33,160 nucleotides of DNA from Acetothermia bacterium UBA3574. GTDB lineage: Bacteria; Bipolaricaulota; Bipolaricaulia; Bipolaricaulales; Bipolaricaulaceae. Below the pieces are notes generated by a model. The model was not told where the DNA came from. It was given only the letters and a program-made list of their open reading frames with translations, and searched no databases. Both the position numbers and the translations under genes were made by a program. Position 1 is the first letter of the stretch. Each line of letters begins with the position of its first letter. The DNA lies in the NCBI GenBank assembly GCA_002375935.1, contig DFNF01000022.1, forward strand, positions 1 to 33,160, in the 5' to 3' direction. This document shows positions 17,439 to 26,287 of the stretch, in pieces.

Positions 17439-17665
17439 CTCAGAGGCCGCCGCAAACTGATTTTGGTTTGGGCATCCACCGAAACGGTGCAATTACCCTA
17501 GCCAAGGAGCTATCCCGTCGCCGAAACAGGCGAATCGCATCGATCTGCCGGTGGAGCACGGAGCCGGGTAAAGATAAACCCCATAGGCCACGGGCTCAAC
17601 TTGCCCAGTGGGGGAAGCCGGCTGGTGGCTTGCAGGGAGGGGGAGTGGTGGCGTAGGTTTAGGGC

Positions 17666-18754
17666 ATGGACAGCCAGGTGGAGAAGCTGCTCAAGCTCCT
17701 CGCCGAGGCCCAGGGGGAATTCCGGAAGCTCGAGGAGGAGCTGGGCGCCCCAGGGGCCCACGAGCGGCCTGAATTTGCTGAGCTATCCCGCCGGTATGCC
17801 CAGCTGCGGGAGATCCTGGAACTGGGCGACCGGCTGAAGCGACTGTTGGCGGAACTCGCGGAAGAAGAGGAGCTGTTGGAGTCGGAGGAGGACGAGGGCC
17901 TGCGGGAGGAGCTGCGGCGGGCCATCGAGGAGGACCGGGAGGCCCTGGGGGAGCTGGCCCGGGAGATCAGGGCGCGGCTGGTCCCGGAGCGGCCGGAGGA
18001 CCGGAGGAACGCGATTTTGGAGATCCGGGCCGGGGCCGGGGGCGAGGAATCCGCCCTGTTCGCCGCGGACCTGTTCCGCATGTACTCCCGGTATGCCGAA
18101 CGCCGGGGTTGGAAGGTGCGGGTGCTGGATTCCCACCCCACCCCGTTGGGGGGGTACAAGCAGATCGTGTTCGCAGTGGAGGGGAAGGGGGCCTATGGCC
18201 GGTTGCGCTACGAGTCCGGAGTACATCGGGTGCAGCGGGTGCCGGTGACCGAATCCGGGGGGCGCATCCACACCTCCACCGCCACCGTGGCGGTGCTCCC
18301 CGAGGCGGAGGAGGTGGAGGTGGAGATAAACCCGGACGAGCTCAAGTTCGAGACCTTCCGGGCCGGCGGCCCCGGTGGCCAGCACATGCAGAAGAACGAG
18401 ACCGCCGTCCGGATCACCCACCTCCCCACCGGGATCGTGGTGGCCTGTCAAGACGAACGGTCCCAGTATCGCAACCGGGAGCAGGCCCTGCGCATCCTGC
18501 GGGCCAAGCTGCGGGACATCGAGGAGCGGAAGCGCCAGTCGGAGCTCCGGGAGACCCGCCGGCGGCAGATCGGCACCGGAGACCGCTCGGAGAAGATCCG
18601 CACCTACAACTTCCCCCAGTCGCGGGTCACCGACCACCGAATCGGGCTCACCCTCTACCGGCTGGAGGACGTGCTGGACGGGAACCTGGACCTGGTGATC
18701 GACCCCCTGCTGGAGGAGGAGCTGTCGCGGGCGTTGGAGGGCACCGCGGGTTGA
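17666..18754 (+). CDS. prfA: Peptide chain release factor 1
   Basis: The GGQ motif is [25 protein letters not shown]. The PVT (PxT) codon-recognition tripeptide marks RF1 rather than RF2. 362 aa. Confidence 0.92.
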   Translation: MDSQVEKLLKLLAEAQGEFRKLEEELGAPGAHERPEFAELSRRYAQLREILELGDRLKRLLAELAEEEELLESEEDEGLREELRRAIEEDREALGELAREIRARLVPERPEDRRNAILEIRAGAGGEESALFAADLFRMYSRYAERRGWKVRVLDSHPTPLGGYKQIVFAVEGKGAYGRLRYESGVHRVQRVPVTESGGRIHTSTATVAVLPEAEEVEVEINPDELKFETFRAGGPGGQHMQKNETAVRITHLPTGIVVACQDERSQYRNREQALRILRAKLRDIEERKRQSELRETRRRQIGTGDRSEKIRTYNFPQSRVTDHRIGLTLYRLEDVLDGNLDLVIDPLLEEELSRALEGTAG

Positions 18755-18779
18755 GGGGAGCCGGCGGGGACGCTATATT
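18751..18779 (+). promoter_or_regulatory. Candidate sigma-70 promoter for tRNA-Ile: TTGAGG-N17-TATATT (the -35 overlaps the prfA stop)
   Basis: The tRNA 5' end (18791) lies 12 nt after the -10. Confidence 0.4.
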
Positions 18780-18790
18780 AAAGCCGCGTT

Positions 18791-18867
<77 letters not shown>

Positions 18868-19009
18868 CGGCTGCCCCTTCTTGCACCGGGGTCTTTTGGG
18901 GCGCTCGCTTCCCCACCGGCCCAGGAGGCGATGGCGCCACACACCCCCTCGGCACACTTCAAACAGCCTTCCTAACCGGATTCTTCAGAAACCACCTGTC
19001 AAAGCCAGG

Positions 19010-20065
19010 TCAGGGAAACGGTATATACTGCCAGCGGATCTCATCCCCGTGGACCTGGAACAGCCGAAAGCCTTGCGGGGAGCCGTCGGGGTTTGGCCCC
19101 TGCCAGGAAAGCCCGCCTTTTCTCCACCAGCTGCCGCTCAACGCCCCGGTTACCACCTGCGGGAACACCACCTCGAGCTCGTCGGTCACGTGCAGGTGCC
19201 CGGCGGCGGCCACCAGCACCTGGTGTTCCGAAAGCGCTTCCACCAACCTCCGGAAGCCCTGACAGACGAACAGCGGGGCGTGGGAGAAGAGGACCAGTGG
19301 GGTGTCCGGTGGGACCAGGGCCAGGTCTTCCTTGAGCCAGTCAAACTGCTCCTCGGGCAGCGCCTCCCAAGGGGGACAAGCCTCGGAGTTGGTGTCCAAG
19401 ACCAGGAAGTGCCAGCCACCGTAGTTGAACGAGTACCAATTGGGGCCGACCAGGGCCCGGTAGGCGCCCTTGTGCCACCACGGGTCGTCTTGGGGGAGTC
19501 CGCAGGCGCAGTCGTGGTTCCCTAGCACGTTGAACAAGGGCACCTCCAGGGAAGCCATGATCCCAAGATAGCTGGAAAAAGCCTCTTCCACTTCTCCTCT
19601 TTCGCGGAAGCGCTCCGCCGACATGACCAAGTCCCCGGTGGCCACCAGGAAAGCCGGCCGGGGGGAAAGCTGGTTCATCCCCGCCACGAACTCCCGCAGG
19701 TTGGCCTCCGCCTGGGGGATGAGGTGGATGTCCGTCACTTGGACAAAAGAGAATTCGGAAGGGGAGTCGATTTGGTAGAGGGCGAACAGGAGTTCCTCCC
19801 CGGGGGGCAGCCAGAACCTGGCGGTCCACCAGCCGCTGGGCGGGGAGACGAACACCGGCCCGAACGGCTCCTCGGCGGAGAAGTCAAACCGCCCCTCGGG
19901 GCTGGTCACCACCACCTCACGGCCGTCGCTCACCGGCACCCCGCCCAGGCCCTCCTCGCCCGGGTCCAGGACACCGTTGCGGTTCTGATCGTGGAACACC
20001 AGGCCCCCGCAGAGCCCGGGCACCGCGAGCGTCAGCACCACAAGTCCCAGCCAGTTTCCCTTCAT
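19010..20065 (-). CDS. Secreted calcineurin-like metallophosphoesterase (purple-acid-phosphatase-like)
   Basis: The internal ATG at 20065 gives MKGNWLGLVVLTLAVPGLCGG (signal/lipobox-like). Motifs are QVTDIHL, GDLV and GNHD. The start overlaps the upstream MBL gene stop (ATGA). Confidence 0.8.
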   Translation of the reverse strand: MKGNWLGLVVLTLAVPGLCGGLVFHDQNRNGVLDPGEEGLGGVPVSDGREVVVTSPEGRFDFSAEEPFGPVFVSPPSGWWTARFWLPPGEELLFALYQIDSPSEFSFVQVTDIHLIPQAEANLREFVAGMNQLSPRPAFLVATGDLVMSAERFRERGEVEEAFSSYLGIMASLEVPLFNVLGNHDCACGLPQDDPWWHKGAYRALVGPNWYSFNYGGWHFLVLDTNSEACPPWEALPEEQFDWLKEDLALVPPDTPLVLFSHAPLFVCQGFRRLVEALSEHQVLVAAAGHLHVTDELEVVFPQVVTGALSGSWWRKGGLSWQGPNPDGSPQGFRLFQVHGDEIRWQYIPFP

Positions 20066-20877
20066 GGCCCCTCCTCCCCCTGGGGGCTCGCCCCTCCCAG
20101 CCAGCGGGAGGCCGGCACGGTGAGGCCGTCGGAGGCCGCCACCACCTCCACCCCCAGCTTGTCCGTGATCTTCTCGGCCAGTTCCCAGGGCTTGGCCCTC
20201 AGCATCCCCATCCCGAAGTGGGTGAGCACCGCCAGCCGGGGCCGTACCTCCCCGATCAGCTCCACCGCCTCGGGTAGAGACAGGTGATCCACCCCCGGGC
20301 GCCATTCCCTCATCACCACGTTCACCACCAACAGCTCACAGCCCCGGTACCTCTCGGGCAGCTGGGGGAAGAATTTCGTGTCCACCACGAACCCCAGCCT
20401 CCCCTCCTCCCCTTGCAGGATGAGCCCGTAGGTGTCCACATCCGAGTGCTGGTGGCGGACCGGGATCAGCTCGACGTTGCCCAGTCGGAGGGTCTTTCCG
20501 TCCTCCAGCAGTTCAATCCGCTCTGGGTAACGGCGCACGTACCGGAGGACCACCGGGTCATCCCCTTCCAGGGCGTCCTGGGGGGCGACCAGCACCCCGC
20601 GGCGCTTGGTGCCGGCCCCGGCCATGGCCTCCAGGAGCACGTTGACATCGGTGGAGTGGTCCAAGTGCTTGTGGGTGAGGATGAGGGCGGCCAGCTTACC
20701 GGGGTCCAGGGCGGGCCGCACCTTGCGGCAGCGGAGCAGGGTGCCCGGGCCGGGGTCCAAGAGCAGGCGGGTTCCGGAGAGTTCCACCCAGGTGCCGGCA
20801 GAATACCTGAGCTGGCGGGCAACCACGAACCTGGCCCCGGCGGTGCCCAAGAACTTGACGAACCCCTCCCCCGCCAC
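20062..20877 (-). CDS. MBL-fold metallo-hydrolase
   Basis: Motifs are FLGTAGA and THKHLDH (HxHxDH). GTG start preceded by TAGGAGGCGGG. It starts 8 nt after the tpiA stop. Confidence 0.8.
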   Translation of the reverse strand: MAGEGFVKFLGTAGARFVVARQLRYSAGTWVELSGTRLLLDPGPGTLLRCRKVRPALDPGKLAALILTHKHLDHSTDVNVLLEAMAGAGTKRRGVLVAPQDALEGDDPVVLRYVRRYPERIELLEDGKTLRLGNVELIPVRHQHSDVDTYGLILQGEEGRLGFVVDTKFFPQLPERYRGCELLVVNVVMREWRPGVDHLSLPEAVELIGEVRPRLAVLTHFGMGMLRAKPWELAEKITDKLGVEVVAASDGLTVPASRWLGGASPQGEEGP

Positions 20878-20885
20878 CCCGCCTC

Positions 20886-21635
20886 CTAGGCTGCCCGGGC
20901 GATTTCCCAGAAGCTCTCCGGGTCCAGGGACGCCCCTCCCACCAGCGCCCCGTCGATATCCGGCAGGGCGAGGAAGTCACTGGCGTTGTCTGGTTTCACC
21001 GAGCCCCCGTACTGGATGCGGACCCTCTCCCCCAGCCCGGGGAACCGTTCCCCCAGCCAGTGGCGGATGCGGGCCGCGACTTCTTGGGCATCCTGGGGCC
21101 GAGCGGCCACCCCGGTGCCGATGGCCCACACCGGCTCATAGGCGATTACCAGGCGCTCCGGGGAGGGGAGCTCCAAATCGGCCAGGGCGGCAGCCAGTTG
21201 CCCCCGCACCACCTCCCAGGCCCGCCCCGCCTCCCGCTCCTCCAAGGTCTCCCCCACACACAGGATGGGGATGAGGCCGCCCTCCAAGGCCGCCCGCACC
21301 TTGCGTGCCACCAGCCCGTCGTCCTCCCCGAATAGGCGCCGGCGCTCGGAGTGGCCACACACCAGGAAGCTGGCCCCCAGATCCGCCACCTGGGTCACCG
21401 ATACCTCCCCGGTGAACGCCCCCTGGGGCTCGGGGTAGGCGTGCTGGGCCCCCCAGGCGATCCCACTGCCGGCCAAGTGCTTCTGGGCCAAAAACAGCAA
21501 TGTGGCCGGCGGCAGGATCACCAATTCCACCTCCCGCCGCGCCGGCACCAGCTCCAATAGCCGGCGGAAGTAGCTCACCGCCTCCTCACAGGTCTTGTGC
21601 ATCTTCCAGTTGGCGGCCACGATCGGAGTCCGCAC
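20886..21635 (-). CDS. tpiA: Triosephosphate isomerase
   Basis: [12 protein letters not shown] is the N-terminal motif and [11 protein letters not shown] is the active-site loop. The GTG start is preceded by AAAGGGGGGAAA. 249 aa. The upstream part of the track ORF is non-coding junk. Confidence 0.9.
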   Translation of the reverse strand: MRTPIVAANWKMHKTCEEAVSYFRRLLELVPARREVELVILPPATLLFLAQKHLAGSGIAWGAQHAYPEPQGAFTGEVSVTQVADLGASFLVCGHSERRRLFGEDDGLVARKVRAALEGGLIPILCVGETLEEREAGRAWEVVRGQLAAALADLELPSPERLVIAYEPVWAIGTGVAARPQDAQEVAARIRHWLGERFPGLGERVRIQYGGSVKPDNASDFLALPDIDGALVGGASLDPESFWEIARAA

Positions 21636-21649
21636 TTTCCCCCCTTTCG

Positions 21650-21679
21650 TTGACAAGCCCCATCCTAGAGGCCTATCAT
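21650..21679 (+). promoter_or_regulatory. Sigma-70-type promoter TTGACA-N18-TATCAT upstream of the SPFH gene
   Basis: A consensus -35 with a good -10, about 100 nt upstream of the RBS AAGGAGGGGGCA-ATG, in the divergent tpiA/SPFH intergenic region. Confidence 0.5.
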
Positions 21680-21786
21680 GCCCTGTGCAAGGGAAGAGGG
21701 GTTGGAACGTCCTAGGTTTTCTCCTCACCCTGGCGCTGGGCTGGCTGGTGCGCGGGCTGGCCCATTGGGTCAGCAAGGAGGGGGCA

Positions 21787-22536
21787 ATGGAGCTGACGTT
21801 GGCAGTAGTTTTGGCACTGGTGGCCTTGTTTTTGGCAAGCGCCATCAAGATCGTGCGGGAGTACGAGCGGGGGGTGATCTTCCGCCTGGGGCGCCTGGTG
21901 GGGGCAAAAGGCCCGGGTCTGTTTTTGATCATCCCCATCGTGGACAAGATGGTGAAGGTGGACCTCCGCACCATCACCCTGGACGTCCCTCCCCAGGAGG
22001 TGATCACCCGGGACAACGTGCCGGTGAACGTGAACGCGGTGGTGTATTTCCGGGTGATGGACCCCCAGGCGGCGGTGGTGGAGGTGCTGGACTTCATCGA
22101 GGCCACCCGGCAGATCTCCATGACCACCCTGCGGTCGGTGCTGGGCAAGGCCGAGCTGGACGAGATCTTGTCTGCCCGGGAGAAGCTGAACCGCGAGCTC
22201 CAGGAGATCATCGACGAGCACACCGACCCCTGGGGGATCAAGGTGATCACGGTGGAGATCAAGGACGTGAAGATCCCCACCGACATGCAGCGGGCCATCG
22301 CCCGTCAGGCGGAGGCGGAGCGGGAGCGGCGGGCCAAGATCATCAACGCCGAGGGAGAGCTCCAGGCAGCGGAGAAGCTGCGGGAGGCGGCGGAGATCAT
22401 GCAGCGGTCGGCCGGGGCGCTGCAGCTCAGGTACCTCCAGACATTGGTGGAGATCGCCACCGAGAACGCCACCACGGTGGTGTTCCCGGTGCCTATCGAT
22501 TTGCTCACGGCCCTGCGGCCGCCCGGTAAGGAGTGA
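21787..22536 (+). CDS. SPFH/Band-7 (stomatin/prohibitin-like) membrane protein
   Basis: An N-terminal TM helix [20 protein letters not shown] is followed by a PHB domain ([15 protein letters not shown]...) and a C-terminal coiled coil. The strong RBS is AAGGAGGGGG. Confidence 0.85.
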   Translation: MELTLAVVLALVALFLASAIKIVREYERGVIFRLGRLVGAKGPGLFLIIPIVDKMVKVDLRTITLDVPPQEVITRDNVPVNVNAVVYFRVMDPQAAVVEVLDFIEATRQISMTTLRSVLGKAELDEILSAREKLNRELQEIIDEHTDPWGIKVITVEIKDVKIPTDMQRAIARQAEAERERRAKIINAEGELQAAEKLREAAEIMQRSAGALQLRYLQTLVEIATENATTVVFPVPIDLLTALRPPGKE

Positions 22537-23276
22537 GGGTCTGCGCGCTGGGGAGCGGCTCGTCCGGGAACTGTTTCCTGGTGGAAGCCCCGCGGGGTTG
22601 GTTGCTGGTGGACGCGGGGCTCCCCTGGCGGGAGCTGCGGCGGCGGGCAGCCCGCATCGGCGTGCGAGCGGAGGCCATCACCACCCTGCTGCTCAGCCAC
22701 GAGCACGCCGACCACGTGCGGGGGCTGGGCCCCCTGGTGCGCCGGGGGGTGGCGGTGTGGGCCAGCCCCGGCACCTTGGCCGCGCTGGGGATCTCCGGTC
22801 ACCCCCTCCGCGGCCCCACCGAGATCCTGGGGTTGGCCGTCCACCCCTTTCCCCTGCCCCACGACGCCGAGCAACCGGTGGGTTTTCGGTTTGAACTGAA
22901 CGGCGCTGCCCTGGGATTGGCCACCGACCTGGGGTCGGTGTCTTCCGAGGTGCTGGCCGCCCTGCGGGGTTGTCAGGTGGTGGTGTTGGAGGCCAACCAC
23001 GACCTGAATTTGCTCTTGGGGGGCCCCTATCCCTGGCCCCTGAAGCTGCGCATCCTGGGCCCCCGGGGGCACCTGGGGAACCACGAAACCGGCCAGGCCT
23101 TGGCCCAGCTGGCTCGGACTGGCCTGCGGGCCGCCCTCCTGGCCCACCTCTCCCGGGAAAACAACGCCCCCCACCTCGCCCTGGACACCGTGGCCCGGGC
23201 CCTGCCCAACTGGGACGGCAAGCTCTACCTCACCTACCCGGACCGGCCCAGCTCGGTGGTAGGCGGGGGCTGGTAA
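22533..23276 (+). CDS. YycJ/WalJ-like MBL-fold metallo-hydrolase
   Basis: ALGSGSSGN is the N-terminal motif and SHEHADH the metal-binding motif. The C-terminal EANHD...LAHLSRENN resembles B. subtilis YycJ. The GTG start overlaps the SPFH stop (GTGA). Confidence 0.78.
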   Translation: MRVCALGSGSSGNCFLVEAPRGWLLVDAGLPWRELRRRAARIGVRAEAITTLLLSHEHADHVRGLGPLVRRGVAVWASPGTLAALGISGHPLRGPTEILGLAVHPFPLPHDAEQPVGFRFELNGAALGLATDLGSVSSEVLAALRGCQVVVLEANHDLNLLLGGPYPWPLKLRILGPRGHLGNHETGQALAQLARTGLRAALLAHLSRENNAPHLALDTVARALPNWDGKLYLTYPDRPSSVVGGGW

Positions 23277-24952
23277 GGCAGAAGCAATCCCGCCTGGGCC
23301 AAGTCGGCCACTATCTCCTTCACCGTGGGACCGGCGGTGGTGCCTCCCCAGCGGAACTGAACCGTCTGTTCATAGGGATCCCAATAGCGGAATTCCAAGT
23401 CGTCGTAGACCACCAGCACCACGTACTCGGGGGCCCACCAGGGGAAGAAGGCGGCCATCGCCCCCACCACGTAGTCCTCGAGGTACCCTCCCTGCGGGGA
23501 CGCCTTCTGACCGGTGCCGGACTTGCCGGCGATGTAGAAGCCGGGGAGCTCTGTGTGCCGCCCGGTCCCCCCGGGGGAGGCCACGGTTGCCCGGAGCAGC
23601 TCCCGCAACGTGGCCGCCGCCTCTGGGGAGGCCACCCGCCGCCCGGGCCCGGCGTTTCCCGCTACTAGGTGCGGCTGGGGAAGCACCCCGTCGTTGGCGA
23701 TGGCACAGAAAGCGGTGGCCAGCTGAATCCCGGTCACCGCCACCCCCTGGCCGAACGAGGCCACCGCCAAGTCCACCGGGGTCCACTCGGCAAGTGGCCG
23801 CACCAGGCCCCGCACCTCCCCGGGCAGCTCGATCCCGGTCTCCTCCCCGAACCCCATGTTGCGCAGGTGTCGATAGGTGGCCTCGATCCCCAACCGCTCG
23901 GCTACTTGGATGAGCACCGTATTCACCGAGGCCACCAGCGCCTGGCGGAAGTTGATGAACCCGAAGTCCTGTTCCTGGGCGTTGTGGATGGGGATGCCCG
24001 CCACCACGTAGGGCGAGTCGCCGTTGAAGGTGGACTCGGGGGTCACCACCCCACGGTCCAGGGCAGCCAGGCTGATCACCGCCTTGAAGGTGGAACCCGG
24101 CTCGAACACCTGGGTTACTGCCCAGGGGTTGAGGAATTCCAGGCCCGGGGATTGGGGTTCGTCCCCGAGGGCTTGGGCCAGGGCCAGCACGGCACCGGAG
24201 CAAGGCTCCATGATGATGGCCAGGCCCCGCCCCGCACTGTAGGCCTCCAGCCCCTCGCCCAGCTCCTCCTGGCAAACCCGTTGGAAGTCCGCATCCAAGG
24301 TGAGCCTGAGGTCCTCTCCCACTTGGCCGGGGTCCACCAGGGAGATGTCGTAGACCCGTCCGTCCAGCCCCCGCAGCAGGTGATACCTCTTGGCCCTCCC
24401 GGACAGGGATTGGTCGAAGGACAGCTCCAGGCCGGCCAGGCCCTGGCCGTCTACCCCCACCACCCCCAGTACCTCCGGCGCCAACGGGCCCAGGGGGTAA
24501 GCCCGTTTCCAGGTGTCGAAGAACAACAGGCCCCGGATGCCCAGCTGGCGGGCTCGTTCTCGCAAGCGCTCCCCCACCTCCCGGTCCACCCGCCGGGCGA
24601 GCCAAGTGAAGTAGGACTCCCGGTACACGAGCTCGGCGGCCTCCTGAGGCTCCATCCCCAGCTCTTCCTCCAACAGGCGGACCAGCAGCTCCGGTTTGGT
24701 CATGTGGTAGTTGTCCAGGGCGATGGAGTAGGCGGGGACGTCGCAGGCCAGGGGGCGGCCGCGGCAATCGTAGATAGTGCCCCGCTGGGCCGGGACTTCG
24801 ATCGTCTCCTCCTGCAGGGCCTGGGCCAGGGCCGCCCAGTGGGGGTGCTGGACCACCTGGAGCTGGACGAGCCGGGCCACGATGCCCGCCGCCCCCAGGG
24901 CCAGGAGGAAGAAGACCACCCCGGCCCGCTTAAGGGCTTGGTCCTTCGTCAT
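23234..24952 (-). CDS. ftsI: Class B penicillin-binding protein, division transpeptidase (FtsI/PBP2B-like)
   Basis: N-terminal TM anchor. Transpeptidase motifs are STFK (SxxK), SVN (SxN) and KSGT (KTG-like). The position downstream of rsmH-ftsL supports the call. Confidence 0.85.
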   Translation of the reverse strand: MTKDQALKRAGVVFFLLALGAAGIVARLVQLQVVQHPHWAALAQALQEETIEVPAQRGTIYDCRGRPLACDVPAYSIALDNYHMTKPELLVRLLEEELGMEPQEAAELVYRESYFTWLARRVDREVGERLRERARQLGIRGLLFFDTWKRAYPLGPLAPEVLGVVGVDGQGLAGLELSFDQSLSGRAKRYHLLRGLDGRVYDISLVDPGQVGEDLRLTLDADFQRVCQEELGEGLEAYSAGRGLAIIMEPCSGAVLALAQALGDEPQSPGLEFLNPWAVTQVFEPGSTFKAVISLAALDRGVVTPESTFNGDSPYVVAGIPIHNAQEQDFGFINFRQALVASVNTVLIQVAERLGIEATYRHLRNMGFGEETGIELPGEVRGLVRPLAEWTPVDLAVASFGQGVAVTGIQLATAFCAIANDGVLPQPHLVAGNAGPGRRVASPEAAATLRELLRATVASPGGTGRHTELPGFYIAGKSGTGQKASPQGGYLEDYVVGAMAAFFPWWAPEYVVLVVYDDLEFRYWDPYEQTVQFRWGGTTAGPTVKEIVADLAQAGLLLPYQPPPTTELGRSG

Positions 24953-25292
24953 CTTCCAGGATCAGGTAATCCACCCGGTCCGGGGGGAAGGCCGCCAGTT
25001 GAAGGCCCAGTTCCTCCACCCGCTGCTGCACCGCTTGGGGGGAGAAGGCCTCCAGCACCCGCACCTCCAAAAGTTCCCTTTCCCGCCTCAGTTCCTCCAG
25101 ACGCAAGACGAGCTCGGCCCGTTGGGCCCGCAACAGGCTGACCGCGCTCCCCTGCCACAGGTAGAAGAACACCAACCCTCCCACCAAAAGGCCCATCCCC
25201 CCCAGCACCAGTGCCCTGGCCCCCTCCCGGGACAGGCTCCAGGGGCGCCCCCTGACGCGGGGCAGGGCCTCGGTGCGGGGAAGAGCGCGCAT
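24930..25292 (-). CDS. ftsL: Cell division protein FtsL-like (single TM + coiled coil)
   Basis: A 120-aa protein with a TM helix LVLGGMGLLVGGLVFFYL followed by a Leu/Glu/Arg-rich coiled coil. It sits between rsmH and ftsI, and its stop overlaps the ftsI start. Confidence 0.7.
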   Translation of the reverse strand: MRALPRTEALPRVRGRPWSLSREGARALVLGGMGLLVGGLVFFYLWQGSAVSLLRAQRAELVLRLEELRRERELLEVRVLEAFSPQAVQQRVEELGLQLAAFPPDRVDYLILEDDEGPSP

Positions 25293-25293
25293 T

Positions 25294-26253
25294 TCACGGC
25301 CAGGTTAGGCCGAGGGGACCTGGGGCAGGAGGACAGTTGGCCCGGAGGGAGCCGACCTCGGGCACCCTGGCGGCCCGGAGCTTGGCCGATCGGGCGCGGG
25401 GGTTCTCCGCCACCTCCGCGGGGCTGGGGCGCAGGGGCTTTTTGGTGAGCAGCTCCACCTCCCCGGCGGCGGCCCATTCCCGAAACCGGTGCTTGACGAT
25501 CCGATCCTCCAGGGAGTGGAAGGAGATGGCGCACACCACCCCTCCGGGCCGGAGGAGCTCCCTGGCTTGTTCTAGTCCCTCCTCCAGGGCGGCAAGCTCG
25601 TCGTTGACCGCGATCCTGAGGGCCTGGAAGGTGCGGGTGGCGGGGTGGATGTGGTGGCGGCCCGGGGGGTAGCAGCGGGCCACCAACCGGGCCAGCTCGG
25701 TGGTGCTCCGGATGGGGGCCTTGCTGCGAGCCCGCACGATGGCCCGGGCGATCCTCCCCGCGTACCGCTCCTCCCCGTACTCCCGCAGGATCCGGACGAT
25801 CTCCCACTCCGGCCAGCGGTTCACGATCTCGTGGGCGGTTAGGGGCTGGGAGGGGTCCATGCGCATGTCCAACGGGGCCGGTTGCCGGAAGGAAAACCCC
25901 CGGGCCGGGGTGTCAAGCTGGAGCGAGGACACCCCGAGGTCGAACAGCACCCCGTCCACCTCCCTGATTCCCAGGGAGGAGAGGAGCTCCCGCAGTCGGC
26001 GGAAGTTCCCCTGGAGGAGCTGGAGCCGGTCTTGGAACGGGGCCAACCTCTCCTGGGCCAGGGCCAGCGCCTGGGGGTCTTGGTCCAAGCCGATCACGGT
26101 GGCTCCGCGGGAGAGCAGGGCCTGGGCATGCCCGCCGGTGCCACAGGTGGCGTCCACGATCAGCTTCCCGGGCGCCGGGGCCAGGAAGCTCACCACCTCC
26201 GCCAAGAGCACCGGCCGGTGCCAGCGTCCCTCCGCCCTCACCGCCTCTGACAT
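25294..26253 (-). CDS. rsmH: 16S rRNA (cytosine1402-N4)-methyltransferase
   Basis: SAM-binding motifs are DATCGTGGH and DLGVSSLQLD. Length and collinearity fit MraW/RsmH. Confidence 0.93.
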   Translation of the reverse strand: MSEAVRAEGRWHRPVLLAEVVSFLAPAPGKLIVDATCGTGGHAQALLSRGATVIGLDQDPQALALAQERLAPFQDRLQLLQGNFRRLRELLSSLGIREVDGVLFDLGVSSLQLDTPARGFSFRQPAPLDMRMDPSQPLTAHEIVNRWPEWEIVRILREYGEERYAGRIARAIVRARSKAPIRSTTELARLVARCYPPGRHHIHPATRTFQALRIAVNDELAALEEGLEQARELLRPGGVVCAISFHSLEDRIVKHRFREWAAAGEVELLTKKPLRPSPAEVAENPRARSAKLRAARVPEVGSLRANCPPAPGPLGLTWP

Positions 26254-26287
26254 GTCCGGGCAAGGGTACCGGGCCGGTGGGCGGGGC

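Noticed and set aside
18868-19009. A genomic-island/integration junction or mini-ORF (MAPHTPSAHFKQPS) downstream of tRNA-Ile
   Set aside because: There is no integrase or direct repeat of the tRNA 3' end. The mini-ORF has only a 2-nt SD spacing. The downstream genes (tpiA operon) are core genes.
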